Source: Eledone cirrhosa
Lineage: Eukaryota
Direction: 5' to 3'
Length of the DNA stretch: 64,000 nt
Assembly: GCA_964016885.1 (NCBI GenBank)
Contig: OZ024742.1
Location: forward strand, 10,602,001 to 10,666,000
The number at the start of each line of letters is the position of its first letter. The first letter of the stretch is position 1. A program made the position numbers and the translations under genes. Shown here in pieces: positions 37,359 through 53,562 of this stretch. The notes beneath the pieces were generated by a model. The model had not been told where the DNA came from and searched no databases. It worked only from the letters and a program-made list of their open reading frames with translations.

Positions 37359-39354
37359 CACTAGAGATTAAAAAAACATAACCTCCAAAACAACATAATG
37401 TCCCTCATCAACAATCAGAGAAGAGCTGAAGAGGCCTGGGCCATTGAGAAGATCAAACTCAATCCCAAAGTGTTCTTTTCATTTGCAAAAAAACACAAAA
37501 TCACTGGCTCTACTGTTGGCCCTCTAATTGATGAAAATGGCACTCTTCAAGACAATGCTAAAACCATGGGTGAGATACTGCAGAAACAATACTGCTCTGT
37601 TTTCAGCAATCCTGATATGGCCGATCTGGGCTGTATCGGCGATGTTACTCCCCATTACACCTTATCGGACATAACGTTTGGCGCCCCTGATGTCTTGGCG
37701 GCAATAAAGGAAATCAAGCATAATTCAGCAGTAGGTCCCGATAGGTTCCCTGCTTGTGTCTTGAAGGCGTGTCAACACCAACTTGCTTCTCCTCTTGCCA
37801 ATCTGTGGCGGAACTCACTGGATGCTGGATATGTGCCAGAAAACCTTCTATCCCAGTCTGTTGTCCCAGTTTTCAAAAAGGGAAACAAATCCCTTGCCGT
37901 GAATTACCGTCCAATCTCACTCACCTCTCATATCATTAAGGTATTTGAGCGAGTGGTGAGATCGCGAATGACCCACTTCCTTGAGAGTAACAATATGCTG
38001 AACTCCAACCAGCATGGATTCCGTAATGGAAGGGATTGCCTGACGCAACTACTGCATCACTTTGATGACATTTTGAGAGCCTTGGGAGAGGGTTCCAACA
38101 CTGATGTTATCTACCTTGATTTCAGCAAGGCCTTTGACAGGGTTGATCATAACATTCTACTGAGAAAGCTGTCCAATATTGGTGTCACTGGAAAGCTGCT
38201 GCAGTGGATCAAGAGCTTCCTGTCAAACAGAACCCAACATGTTGTAGTTGAGGGAGTCAAATCAAGCCCAGCCAAAGTCAGTAGTGGAGTCCCACAAGGC
38301 ACTGTGTTGGGCCCACTTCTCTTCATCATCTATATTAATGACATCACTGACATCATCAAACACAGCAACATTAAAATTTTCGCTGATGATTCCAAGCTCC
38401 AAAAGGTCATCAATGGCGTGGATGACCGGATAAGCCTTCAGTCAGACCTACTGGCTGTTACCCAATGGGCAGAAAAGAACAACATGTTACTGAACGAAGA
38501 CAAATTCGAACTGATCCACTTTGGAAAAGAGGATGCTCTGAAACTCCCGTACTCCCTTCCCTCCGGGGAAACTCTCGTGGCATCTAACAACATCAGAGAC
38601 TTGGGAGTAACCGTGGACAGCAACATAAGCTGGACCACGCATATAAGCAGCAAAGTTGACATGGCCCGCAGAATGTGTTCCTGGATCCTCAGAACCTTCC
38701 AGTCGAGAGATTCCCGCACCATTATCCTTCTCTTCTCTACTTTCGCCCGACCACACCTTGAATACTGTTGTCCACTGTGGTCTCCCCACACGAAACAAAG
38801 TATCATGAAACTTGAAGCTCCTCAAAGGGCAATCACGAAAAAGATAGATGGCATGTCAGACCTTGACTACTGGGGTCGATTGGAAAACCTGAAACTTTAC
38901 TCACTCCAACGTCGCCGTGAGCGTTATATTATCTGCATGATGTGGAAAATGTTCCATCATCACTGCCCAAATGATGTTGGCATCGCCTTCAAGATACACC
39001 CAAGGCTTGGGCCCCGTGCTATCCGTCCCATTCAAAAATCTAAATCGCAACTCATAACAACAATACGGCACAATTATTTCACCTCAATCGGCCCTGCTCT
39101 CTTCAACATCACACCAGGACACGTCAAAACAGAAACTGACCACACAAAATTCAAGAAGTCTTTGGACAAATTCCTCCAAGTAATCCCGGACAAACCACCC
39201 ACACCCGGATATGTCTCCGCAAACAGTAATTCTCTTCTCGAATGGGCCATGGTGCCCAAATCCTGAATTGAAAGACTTCGCCAGGTGGTGCTATTAAGTT
39301 AGACATGGCCTGGGCCAATACTGGCCAAAACATTTCAAAGTTATTCAAAGTTAT
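37359..39354 (+). mobile_element. CR1/L2-group LINE, 5'-truncated, in (TA)n
   Basis: Open RT frame, short 3'UTR, (TTCAAAGTTA)2 tail. Confidence 0.95.
37398..39266 (+). CDS. Non-LTR reverse transcriptase (ORF2 C-terminal 622 aa, no endonuclease)
   Basis: NPKVFFSF, AVGPD, NYRPISLTS, QHGFR, YLDFSKAFDRVDH, GVPQGTVLGPLLF, FADD, IRDLGV, RPHLEYCCPLWSP, LYSLQRRRER; no stops. Confidence 0.9.
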   Translation: MSLINNQRRAEEAWAIEKIKLNPKVFFSFAKKHKITGSTVGPLIDENGTLQDNAKTMGEILQKQYCSVFSNPDMADLGCIGDVTPHYTLSDITFGAPDVLAAIKEIKHNSAVGPDRFPACVLKACQHQLASPLANLWRNSLDAGYVPENLLSQSVVPVFKKGNKSLAVNYRPISLTSHIIKVFERVVRSRMTHFLESNNMLNSNQHGFRNGRDCLTQLLHHFDDILRALGEGSNTDVIYLDFSKAFDRVDHNILLRKLSNIGVTGKLLQWIKSFLSNRTQHVVVEGVKSSPAKVSSGVPQGTVLGPLLFIIYINDITDIIKHSNIKIFADDSKLQKVINGVDDRISLQSDLLAVTQWAEKNNMLLNEDKFELIHFGKEDALKLPYSLPSGETLVASNNIRDLGVTVDSNISWTTHISSKVDMARRMCSWILRTFQSRDSRTIILLFSTFARPHLEYCCPLWSPHTKQSIMKLEAPQRAITKKIDGMSDLDYWGRLENLKLYSLQRRRERYIICMMWKMFHHHCPNDVGIAFKIHPRLGPRAIRPIQKSKSQLITTIRHNYFTSIGPALFNITPGHVKTETDHTKFKKSLDKFLQVIPDKPPTPGYVSANSNSLLEWAMVPKS

Positions 39355-39356
39355 AC

Positions 39357-39412
<56 letters not shown>

Positions 39413-39436
39413 TATATATATATATATATATATTTT

Positions 39437-39469
<33 letters not shown>

Positions 39470-39522
39470 ATATTTTTATATATATATATATTTTTATATA
39501 TTTATATATATATATATATTTT

Positions 39523-39560
<38 letters not shown>

Positions 39561-39562
39561 TT

Positions 39563-39595
<33 letters not shown>

Positions 39596-39604
39596 ATATT
39601 TTTA

Positions 39605-39651
<47 letters not shown>

Positions 39652-39655
39652 TTAA

Positions 39656-39686
<31 letters not shown>

Positions 39687-39726
39687 ATTTTATACATATA
39701 TATATACATATATATATATATACATG

Positions 39727-39779
<53 letters not shown>

Positions 39780-39855
39780 GTATAAAAATATATATATGTA
39801 TATATATATATACATGTATATATATATATATATATACATATATATTTTTTTATAC

Positions 39856-39905
<50 letters not shown>

Positions 39906-40252
39906 TATACATATATATATATACATATATATATATATACATGTATATATATATATACATATAAATATATAATTGCCACATTTGGCATTTCCTGTAAAGA
40001 GAAAGAGAATGAGTATCATTTATTGCTTAGTAAAGTCTTTCCTTTCCCCTACAAACATATAATCCTGATTATATCAGCTATTTCTGGCTGACTAACATGT
40101 ATACTTGGAAATGTGATGTGGTCATCCCTAAACCACAAGGACCATCATGTCAACAAGGACTTTATTTATAACCCTACCACATATATAACCCATGCTAGCG
40201 CGGAAAATGACTGTTACATGATGATGATGATATATGTATACGTATATATGTG

Positions 40253-40347
<95 letters not shown>

Positions 40348-40351
<4 letters not shown>

Positions 40352-40492
40352 AGAAGAGATTAAAAGATGGTTAACTCTTTTAACCATCTTTTAATTTCTT
40401 CTTTATCATATATACTCCAGTTCTACCAACTGTTGAGTGCTACTTAGCTGATATAAGCATAGTTTTATTGTTCTACAATATTACTCACCTTC
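40348..40492 (+). mobile_element. Short fold-back (40348-40406) + tail element in (TA)n
   Basis: ATAAAGAAGAGATTAAAAGATGGTTAA ctctt TTAACCATCTTTTAATTTCTTCTTTAT. Confidence 0.6.
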
Positions 40493-41504
40493 TATATATA
40501 TATATAGTGAAAATGGAACGGGAACAAAACAGAGAGGCAGTACGAACAAAGGTTTATATATATATATGTATATGTAGGTGTGTGTGTCGGTATGTATGTA
40601 TGTGTAAGTGTGTATATATGTAGGTATGTGTGTGTATGTGTAAGTGTGTATATATGTAGGTATGTGTGTAAGTGTGTATATATGTAGGTATGTGTGTATG
40701 TGTAAGTGTGTATATATGTATATATGTGTGTATGTGTAAGTGTGTATATATGTATATATGTAAGTATGTGTGTAAGTGTGTATATATGTAGGTGTATGTG
40801 TAAGTGTGTATATATGTAGGTATGTGTGTATGTGTAAGTGTGTATATATGTAGGTATGTGTGTATGTGTAAGTGTGTATATATGTAGGAATACTGAGACA
40901 TAGATGTATTTATTGTAGAGAAACCTATAAGAATTTCCTACAAATGCATCCATGTAGCACCACAGCCATCATCATCATCACCACCACCAAACACCACGAT
41001 AACCACCATTCCCATCACCAACACCCCCATCTCCACCTCCCCCGTCACAACCACCACAACCATGCCCATCACCTCCTCCACTACCACCACCACCACCTCC
41101 ATCATCATCATCACCATCACCACCACAATCACCACTATCCCCACAACCATCACCATCATCACTACAACTATCATCATCACCACAACCACCCACCCCCCAA
41201 TCATGACAGTTACCAATACCAACCCAGTGATAGATCTGTCCTTTAAAATATTAACTTTAATCCATCACACCTGTCCCCCACCTTATTTCACTTTTACAAT
41301 ATTGCTACTCTCATATGTAACAACTCCCACCCCCACCTCCTCTCTCTTCTCTCTCCCCCCTCTCATCGCCCCTGTCTCCCCCCTCTCTCTTCCCTCTCCC
41401 CCTCCCTCTCCTTAGTGTTTTACCTCAATACCTTTGTAGGGTTTTGTTAGGTTTTCCTTTTACTTATTGCTGTTGTTATTGTTGAGGTTTTTGTTGTCAT
41501 TTTT

Positions 41505-42057
41505 GACAGTAGAAGTAGTAGTGGTGGTGGTGGTGGTAGTGGCGGTGGTGGTAGTAGTGGTGGTGGTAGTGGTGGTGGTAGTAGTGATGGTAGTAGTAAT
41601 AGTGGTGGTGGTAATAGTAGTAGTAGTGGGATGTGTGATGGAGGTGGCAGCATAAGTAATGTAAGTAGTAGTAATAGCAGCAACAGTAGTGGTAGTAGTA
41701 GTGACAGTGGCGGTAGTGGTGGTGGTGGTAGTAGTGGCGGTGGTAGTAGTGGTGGTGGTGGTAGTAGTGGCGGTGGTGGTAGTAGTAGTAATGGTGGTAG
41801 TGGTGGTTGTAGTAGTAGCGATAGTGGTAATAGTGGTGGTAGGGGTGGTGGTGGTAGTAGTGGTAGTGGTGGTAGTAGTAGTAGTAATGGTGGTAGTGGT
41901 GGTGGTAGTAGTAGTGATAGTGGTGGTAGTGGTGGTAGTAGCAGTAGTAGTGGTGGTAGTAGCAGTAGTAGTGGGATGTGTGGTGGTGGTGGCAGCATAA
42001 GTAATGTAAGTAGTGGTAGTAGTAGTAATAGCATCAACAGTAGTGGTAGTAGTAGTA
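41505..42057. repeat. (GGT/AGT)n trinucleotide array
   Basis: Direct inspection. Confidence 0.93.
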
Positions 42058-42308
42058 AATACCATTAAGATAATGTCACCATTCTAGTTAAATAATTACT
42101 GCTACTACAACCCATACTATTGCCACCACCGCCTCCAACCAGCACCCACCAGCCTCCCTCCACCACCTCCACCCACCACCACTTCCAAGACCATTCCCCA
42201 CCACCACCACCACCCTAACAAATTTAATATTTTTTGACACTTTTCAACAGAATTATTTATTTTTTAAATTTCAGGTTTCTTTTGTTGGAATTTCTCTGCA
42301 ATTCTTCG

Positions 42309-43597
42309 TACACACATACACATACACATACATACACATACATACACATACACATACATACACATACATACACATACACACACGTACACATACACATACA
42401 TACACATACACACACATACACATACATACACATACACATACACATACATACATACACATACACACACATACATACACACACATACACATACACATACATA
42501 CACATACATGCACATACACACACATACACACACACATACACAAACATACACATACACATACATACATACACATACATACACATACACATACATACACATA
42601 CACATACATACACATACATACACATACATACACATACACATACACATACATACACATACATACACATACATACACATACATACACATACACATACATACA
42701 CATACACATACATACACATACATACACATACACATACATACGCATAAATACACATACACATACATACACACACATACACATACACATACACATACACATA
42801 CATACACATACACATACACATACACATACATACACATACATACACATGCGCATACATACACATACATCCACATACACATACATCCACATACACATACATA
42901 CACATACACATACACATACATACACATACATACACATACACATACATACACATACACATACATACACATACACATACACATACATACACATACATACACA
43001 TACACACACGTACACATACACATACATACACATACACACACATACACATACATACACATACACATACACATACATACATACACATACACACATACATACA
43101 CACACATACACATACACACACATACACATACACATACATACACATACATGCACATACACACATACATACACACACACACATACACATACACAAACATACA
43201 CATACACATACATACATACACATACATACACATACACATACATACACATACACATACATACACATACATACACATACATACACATACACATACATACACA
43301 TACACATACATACACATACATACACATACACATACATACACATACACATACATACACATACATACACATACACATACACACACATACACATAAATACACA
43401 TACACATACATACACACACATACACATACACATACACATACATACACATACACATACACATACACATACATACACATACACATACACATACATACACATG
43501 CGCATACATACACATACATACACATACACATACATCCACATACACATACATACACATACACATACACATACATACACATACATACACATACACATAC

Positions 43598-43628
<31 letters not shown>

Positions 43629-45876
43629 TACATACACATACATACACATACACACACGTACACATACACATACATACACATACACACACATACACATACA
43701 TACACATACACATACACATACATACATACACATACACACACATACATACACACACATACACATACACACACATACACATACACATACATACACATACATG
43801 CACATACACACACATACATACACACACACATACACATACACAAACATACACATACACATACATACATACACATACATACACATACACATACATACACATA
43901 CACATACATACACATACATACACATACATACACATACACATACATACACATACACATACATACACATACATACACATACATACACATACATACACATACA
44001 CATACATACACATACACATACATACACATACATACACATACACATACACACACATACACATAAATACACATACACATACATACACACACATACACATACA
44101 CATACACATACATACACATACACATACACATACACATACATACACATACACATACATACACATGCGCATACATACACATACATACACATACACATACATA
44201 CACATACACATACACATACATACACATACATACACATACACATACATACACATACACATACACACATACATATACACACACATACATACACACCCATACA
44301 CACACATACATACACATACACATACATACACATACACACACACACATACATACACATACACATACACATACATACACATACACACATACACACATACACA
44401 TACATACACATACACATACACATACATACGCATACATACACATACACATACATACACATACACACACATACACATACATACACACACATACACATACACA
44501 TACATACACATACACATACATACACATACATACACATACATACACACACACATACAAACACATACACACACATACACATACATACACATACACACACATA
44601 CACATACACATACACATACATACACACATACACATACATACATACACATACACACACATACACATGCATACACATACACATACATACACATACACACACA
44701 TACACATACACATGCATACACACATACACATACATACACATACATACACATACACATACATAGACATACACATACATACACATACACATACATACACATA
44801 CACACACATACACATACACATACATACACACACATACACATACGCATACATACACGTACACACACATACACATACATACACATACACACACATATATACA
44901 TACACATACACATACATACACATACATACATACACATACATACACATCCACATACATACACATACATACACATACACATACATACACATACATACACATA
45001 CACATACACATACATACACATACATACACATACACATACACATACATACACATACACACACATACATACACATACATACACATACACATACATACACATA
45101 CACATACATACACATACACACATACACATACATACACACATACACATACATACACACATACACATACATACACACATACACATACACACACATACACATA
45201 CATACACATACATACACATACATAAAACATACATACGCATACACATACATACACATACACATACATACACATACATACACATACATACACATACACATAC
45301 ATACACATACACATACATACACATACACACACATACATACACTTACATACACATACATACACATACACATACATACACATACACATACACATACATACAC
45401 ATACACACACATACACATACACATACACACACATACACATACACATACATACACACCCATACATACACATACATACACATACACACATACACATACACAT
45501 ACATACACATACAGACACATACACACACATACATACACATACGCATACATACACGTACACACACATACACATACATACACATACACACACATATATACAT
45601 ACACATACATACACATACACATACATACACATACACATACATACACATACATACACATACACATACATACACATACACATACATACACATACACATACAT
45701 ACACATACACATACACATACATACACATACACATACATACACATACACATACATACACATACATACACATACATACACATACATACACATACACACACAT
45801 ACACATACACATACATACACATACACATACATACACATACACACACATACACATACACATACATACACACCCATAC

Positions 45877-45911
<35 letters not shown>

Positions 45912-48900
45912 TACACATACATACACATACACATACATACACATACATACACATACACATACACACATACACATACACACACATACACATACATACACAT
46001 ACACATGCATACACATACACATACACATACATACACATACACACACATACACATACACATACATACGCATCCATACACATACACACACATACACATACAC
46101 ATACATACACATACACATACACACACATACATACACATACACATACATACACATACATACACATACATACATACATACACATACACACACATACACATAC
46201 ACATACACATACATATACATACCCATACACATACATACACACATACACATACACATACATACATACACATACACACACATACACATACACATACATACAC
46301 ATACACATACATACACATACACACACATACACATACACATACACATGCATACACACACATACACATACATACACATACATACACATACATATACATACAC
46401 ATACACATACATACACATACACACACATACATACACACACATACACATACACATACATGCACGTACACACACATACACATACATACACATACACATACAT
46501 ACACATACACATACATACACATACATACACATACACATACATACACATACATACACACACATACACATACATACACATACACATACATACACATGCACAC
46601 ACATACACATACACATACATACATACATACACATACATACACATACACACATACACATACATACACATACATACACACACATACACATACACACACATAC
46701 ACACACATACACATACACATACAAATACATACACATACACACATACACATACATACACATACACATACATACACATACACATACACATACATACACATAC
46801 ACATACATACACATACATACACATACATACACATACACATACATCCACATACACATACACATACATACACATACATACACATACACATACACATACATAC
46901 ACATACACACACATACACATACACATACATACACATACACACACATACACATACACATACATACACATACACACACATACACATACAAACACATACACAT
47001 ACATACACATGCATACACATACACATACACACACATACACATGCATACACACACATACACATACATACACATACATACACATACACATACATACACATAC
47101 ACATACACATACATACACATACACACACATACACATACATACACATACACATACATACATACACATACACACACATACATACACACACATACACATACAC
47201 ATACATACACATACATACACATACACATACATACACATACACATACATACACATACATACACACACATACACATACACACACATACACATAAATACACAT
47301 ACACATACATACACACATACACATACACATACACATACATACACATACACATACATACAGATACACATGCATACACATACACATACACATACATACACAT
47401 GCGCATACATACACATACATACACATACATACACATACACATACATCCACATACACATACATACACATACATACACATACACATACATACACATACATAC
47501 ACATACACATACATACACATACACATACACACATACATATACACACACATACACATACACATACATACACACCCATACATACACATACACATACACACAC
47601 ATACATACACATACACATACACATACATACACATACACATACACATACACACATACACACATACACATACATACACATACATACACACACACATACAAAC
47701 ACATACACACACATACACATACACATACATACACATACATACACATACACATACATACACACATACACATACGTACATACACATACACACACATACACAT
47801 GCATACACATACACATACATACACATACACACACATACACATACACATACATACACACACATACACATACACATACATACACATACACATACACATACAT
47901 ACACATACATACACATACATACACACACACATACAAACACATACACACACATACACATACACATACATACACATACACATACACATACATGCACACATAC
48001 ATACATACACACATACATACATACACATACACACACATGCACATGCATACACATACACATACATACACATACACACACATACACATACACATGCATACAC
48101 ACACATACACATACATACACATACATACACATACACATACATAGACATACACATACATACACATACACATACATACACATACCCACACATACACATACAC
48201 ATACATACACACACATACGCATACATACACGTACACACACATACACATACATACACATACACACACATATATACATACACATACACATACATACACATAC
48301 ACATACATACACATACATACACATCCACATACATACACATACATACACATACACATACATACACATACATACACATACACATACATACACATACATACAC
48401 ATACACATACACATACATACATACACATACACATACACATACATACACATACACACACATACACATACATACACATACATACACATACATACACATACAC
48501 ACACATACACATACATACACATACATACACATACACACATACACATACATACACACATACACATACATACACATACATACACACACATACACATACACAT
48601 ACATACACATACACACACATACACATACATACACATACAAATACATACACATACATACACATACATACACATACATACGCATACACATACATACACATAC
48701 ACATACATACACATACATACACATACATACACATACACATACATACACATACACATACATACACATACACATACATACACATACACATACATACACATAC
48801 ACATACACACACATACACATACATACACATACATACACATACACATACACACACATACACACACATACACACACACACATACACATACACATACACACAC

Positions 48901-49206
48901 ATACACATACACATACATACACATACATACACATACATACACATACACACATACACATACACATACATACACATACATACACATACACACACATACATAC
49001 ACATACGCATACATACACGTACACACACATACACATACACACACATATATACATACACATACATACACATACACATACATACACATACATCCACATACAT
49101 ACACATACATACACATACACATACACATACATACACATACACATACATACACATACACATACATACACATACACACACATACACATACACATACATACAC
49201 ACCCAT

Positions 49207-49237
<31 letters not shown>

Positions 49238-49935
49238 TACACATACATACACATACACATACATACACATACACATACATACACATACACACATACACAT
49301 ACACACACATACACATACATACACATACACATGCATACACATACACATACACATACATACACACACATACACATACATACGCATCCATACACATACATAC
49401 ACATACACATACATACACATACACACACATACACATACATACACATACACATACATACACATACATACACATACATACATACACATACACACACATACAC
49501 ATACACATACACATACACATACATACACATACCCATACACATACATACACACATACACATACACATACATACATACACATACACATACATACACATACAC
49601 ATACATACACATACACATACATACACATACACACACATACACATACATACACATACATACACATACACACACATACACATACACATGCATACACACACAT
49701 ACACATACACATACATACACATACATATACACATACATACACATACACATACATACACATACACATACACATGCATACACATACACATACATACACATAC
49801 ATACACATACACATACACACACATACACCTACATACACATACACATACATACACATACATACACATACACATACATACACATACACATACATACACATAC
49901 ATACACATACACTTACATACACATACATACACGTA
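42309..49935. repeat. 7.6-kb (CACATA/CATA)n compound microsatellite
   Basis: Direct inspection; source of the 1000-2500-aa ORFs. Confidence 0.98.
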
Positions 49936-49944
49936 CGTAAAGAA

Positions 49945-50306
49945 ACAAAATAAAGTACCAGTAATACACTGGAGTAATCGCTGGCCTTGTGCCAAAAGTA
50001 GAATCAATTATTATTTATGTGCTGGAATGGCAGTATCGGCAGAGGGTCGGAGAACATGCTTAGCAGCACTGTGTTATGGCTCTTTACGTTCTGAGTTCAA
50101 ACCCGCCAAGGTTAGCTTTGCCTTTCATCCTTATGGGGTCAATTTAATCGACTTTAACCTCCCCACAAAAACGTTGTCCCTGTGACTAAATCAGAAACCA
50201 TTATTATTTTGCCTTTCATCCTTAAGGGGTCGATAAAATAAAGTACCAGTAATGCACTGGGTAATTGTGGCCTTGTGCCAAAAGTAGAAACAATTATTAT
50301 TATTAT
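49945..50306 (+). mobile_element. Cluster of Nin/Deu-domain SINE pieces
   Basis: GAGTTCAAA B box; GCCTTTCATCCTT..GGGGTCGATAAAATAAAGTACCAG; (ATT)n tails; further pieces at ~33765-33845 and 51298-51478. Confidence 0.75.
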
Positions 50307-50334
50307 TCGTTAACTGTGTCCATCAGTATATGGA

Positions 50335-50650
50335 TTAGACTGTTAAGACTAGACTGTTAAGACTAGACTGTTAAGACTAGACTGTTAAAACTGGAATGTT
50401 AAGACTGGACTGTTAAGACTGGACTGTTAAGACTGGACTGTTAAGACTAGACTGTTAAGACTAGACTGTTAAGACTAGACTGTTAAGACTAGACTGTTAA
50501 GACTAGACCGTTAAGACTAGACTGTTAAGACTAGACTGTTAAGACTAGACTGTTAAAACTGGAATGTTAAGACTGGACAGTTAAGACTGGACTGTTAAGA
50601 CTGGACTGTTAGGACTGTACTGTTAGGACTACACTTTTAAGACTAGACTG
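50335..50650. repeat. 14-bp minisatellite (GACTAGACTGTTAA), ~22 copies
   Basis: Direct inspection. Confidence 0.95.
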
Positions 50651-51297
50651 CTTGAGACAATATATATTCTGTTAAGACTAGACAGCTAGTCATTTGAGCA
50701 AAGTCCTTTTACCAGTTTCAGCGAAGTTGATAAAAATAAAAATATACTAGAAAACCTACAATTTTTTTGTACATATGATTACAACTTCACAACAGAGAAA
50801 TAAAAAAAATTATTAAAAATTGACACATTTTATGGTAGAAAGAATTAAATTTGACAATGTTTAAAATAGAAAAAATTAATCCTAGAAAGAATAAAAATTG
50901 AAAAAGTAATGTAGGCAACGTGTCTAAGATAATCTGTAATTTCTAAATCTTCACTTGATTCAACAATGCTTTTAATTCTTCTAAGTTCGGGTATTTCCTC
51001 TTCTTTTGTGCAGGTTCTCCTGAACAAATTCCAAAACATTCGTCCTTTGTAGCCCCTCTTAAAATATGATAGTATATATTTCACTTAAAATTAATCTTCG
51101 CTGAAATTACCATCCATGCTTTCTGAGATTCGCCAACACTACACCTAATATTCCCCCTCCATACACATGCACACATGTATATCATGACTCATACATTATT
51201 CACTTCCCTGACATTTGTATATTATTCTATGTACTATACATGTGCCTTTGATGAGTTGTAGTGCACCTGAGAACAGTACACAATAATTTCACTGAAA

Positions 51298-51478
51298 ATA
51301 GAACCATTGTACTTGACTGCTAGAGAAACAATGCTTTCCAGCATAGTTACGTCCCTTTACGATCTGAGTTCAAATCCCGCCGAGGTTGACTTTGCCTTTC
51401 ATCCTTACGGGGTCGATAAAATAAAGTACCAGTAATGCACTGGGTAATTGCTGGCCTTGTGCCTAAAGTAGAAACAAT
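51298..51478 (+). mobile_element. Nin/Deu-domain SINE
   Basis: TGAGTTCAAATCCCGCCGAGGTTGACTTTGCCTTTCATCCTTACGGGGTCGATAAA. Confidence 0.8.
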
Positions 51479-51671
51479 CCCTATATTCAATATATATTGT
51501 GTTAAGACTACAGACAATATCACTCTATTGATTATCAGTTTTCACAGTTTATACTACACACTATGTAGTCATTACAGTTGGCCTGATCTTCTCTTTATTA
51601 AATTTCTAAGATTCTTAGATTATGTTTATTGATCATATTGCTTTTCTTATAGGAAATCTTCCCTTTCACAT

Positions 51672-52640
51672 GTCAACCCTTTCATTACCATATTTCTAAT
51701 GAAAGACACTGTCTATGTCTACAACCCTTTCATTACCATATTTCTAATGAAAGACACTGTCTATGTCATTAAACCTTTCATTACCATATTTCTAATGAAA
51801 GACACTGTCTATGTCTACAACCCTTTCATTACCATATTTCTAATGAAAGACACTGTCTATGTCTATAACCCTTTCCTTACCATATTTCTAATGAAGACAA
51901 TGTCTATGTCATTAACCCTTTCATTACCATATTTGTAATGAAAGACACTGTCTATGTCATTAACCCTTTCATTACCATATTTCTAATGAAAGACACTGTC
52001 TATGTCTACAACCCTTTCATTACCATATTTCTAATGAAAGACACTGTCTATGTCATTAAACCTTTCATTACCATATTTCTAATGAAAGACACTGTCTATG
52101 TCTACAACCCTTTCATTACCATATTTCTAATGAAAGACACTGTCTATGTCTATAACCCTTTCCTTACCATATTTCTAATGAAGACAATGTCTATGTCATT
52201 AACCCTTTCATTACCATATTTCTAATGAAAGACACTGTCTATGTCATTAACCCTTTCATTACCATATTTCTAATGAAAGACACTGTCTATGTCATTAACC
52301 CTTTCATTACCATATTTCTAATGAAAGACACTACCTATGCCATTAACCCTTTCATTACCATGTTTCTAATGAAGACACTGTCTATGTCATTAACCCTTTC
52401 ATTTCCATATCTCTAATGAAAGACACTGCCTATGTCTTTAACCCTTTCATTTCCATATTTCTAATGAAAGACACTACCTATGCCATTAACCCTTTCATTA
52501 CCATGTTTCTAATGAAGACACTGTATATGTCATTAACCCTTTCATTTCCATATCTCTAATGAAAGACACTGTCTATGTCATTAACCCTTTCATTTCCATA
52601 TTTCTAATGAAAGACACTACCTATATCATTAAACTTTTTC
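51672..52640. repeat. 48-bp minisatellite, ~20 copies
   Basis: 16-aa ORF period (MKDTVYVYNPFITIFL). Confidence 0.95.
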
Positions 52641-53024
52641 TTCATCCATATTTGCAATAAAACACAAATTGGGGTTTACATTGAGTAAAAAGGTTTTAAA
52701 TCAACAAAAACAATAAATGTATAAATAAATTTCCAATAAGAAAAAGTCCCCAACAGGGGGGAAGAGAAGACCACCCAGGGTAATCCCCCACCCCCAAAAA
52801 GAACCGACCTGTCAGATTAATCTGTAGATAAAATGTATTATGGTGTAGCAAAAGGGTTAAGGTGTGTATGTACTGTAATGTGTGTGATTGACCTTGTGCA
52901 AGACTTTTTTCTTTTTTCCTTCTTTCATTTATGTCACAACTAACAAAGACAATCATTTTGTATTCAATAGTTCTTACATACACACATACTACTCTCACTC
53001 ACTAATATACATTCATACATACAT

Positions 53025-53055
<31 letters not shown>

Positions 53056-53056
<1 letters not shown>

Positions 53057-53446
53057 CCTTTGTCAAGGCAGAATTCTAGGAGAAGGAAAACTCTGATATA
53101 ACACCTGCAACCCTGATGGTATCCAATGATATTGACTTGTTCTTCTTTTTGGTAAATATCATCTTGGTTAAGAGAGTGGGACTGGCTTTGTGCAGTGCCT
53201 TTGCTCACTATAAAAGCTTCACGGCACAGGCATTGCTTTATATCTGGAGATCTCTCTGCCCTTGTCGTCACATGGTACCATGGGCCTAGCATTATGTGTA
53301 AATAATTGTCACAGGTGTAGTGTTTGTACCAGAGTTTTCAAGTCACTGGCTGGACTAAAAAGTCACACTACCGCATCGGTAGGGGTTCTCCTACATGGAT
53401 ATAAAGTAGTCGCCGTACTCGAAAACGAGTTGGCAGCCACCATGTA
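53056..53446 (+). mobile_element. 5'-truncated copy of the 2894-3490 element
   Basis: Aligns with 3092-3487; encodes [17 protein letters not shown]. Confidence 0.85.
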
Positions 53447-53562
53447 TGTGTGTATAGTTCAAGGAGACAGGAAACAGATGTACCAAAAGTGTTATTAGTT
53501 TCATGCTTTATATTGGAAAGAAGAAAGAAAGTTTGATATGTTGGGCTTAAGCCCTTTTTCGG

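Noticed and set aside
42234-50185. 1000-2500-aa ORFs
   Set aside because: (CACATA)n simply lacks stop codons
51672-52640. CTAATGA and GAAAGACACTGTCTA as a hammerhead
   Set aside because: Core lacks G5 and overlaps GAAA; no stem I or II
52809-52821. 13-nt minus-strand micro-exon (TACAG|...|GTCGGT)
   Set aside because: Very short, frame-shifting, inside a probable MITE; no support
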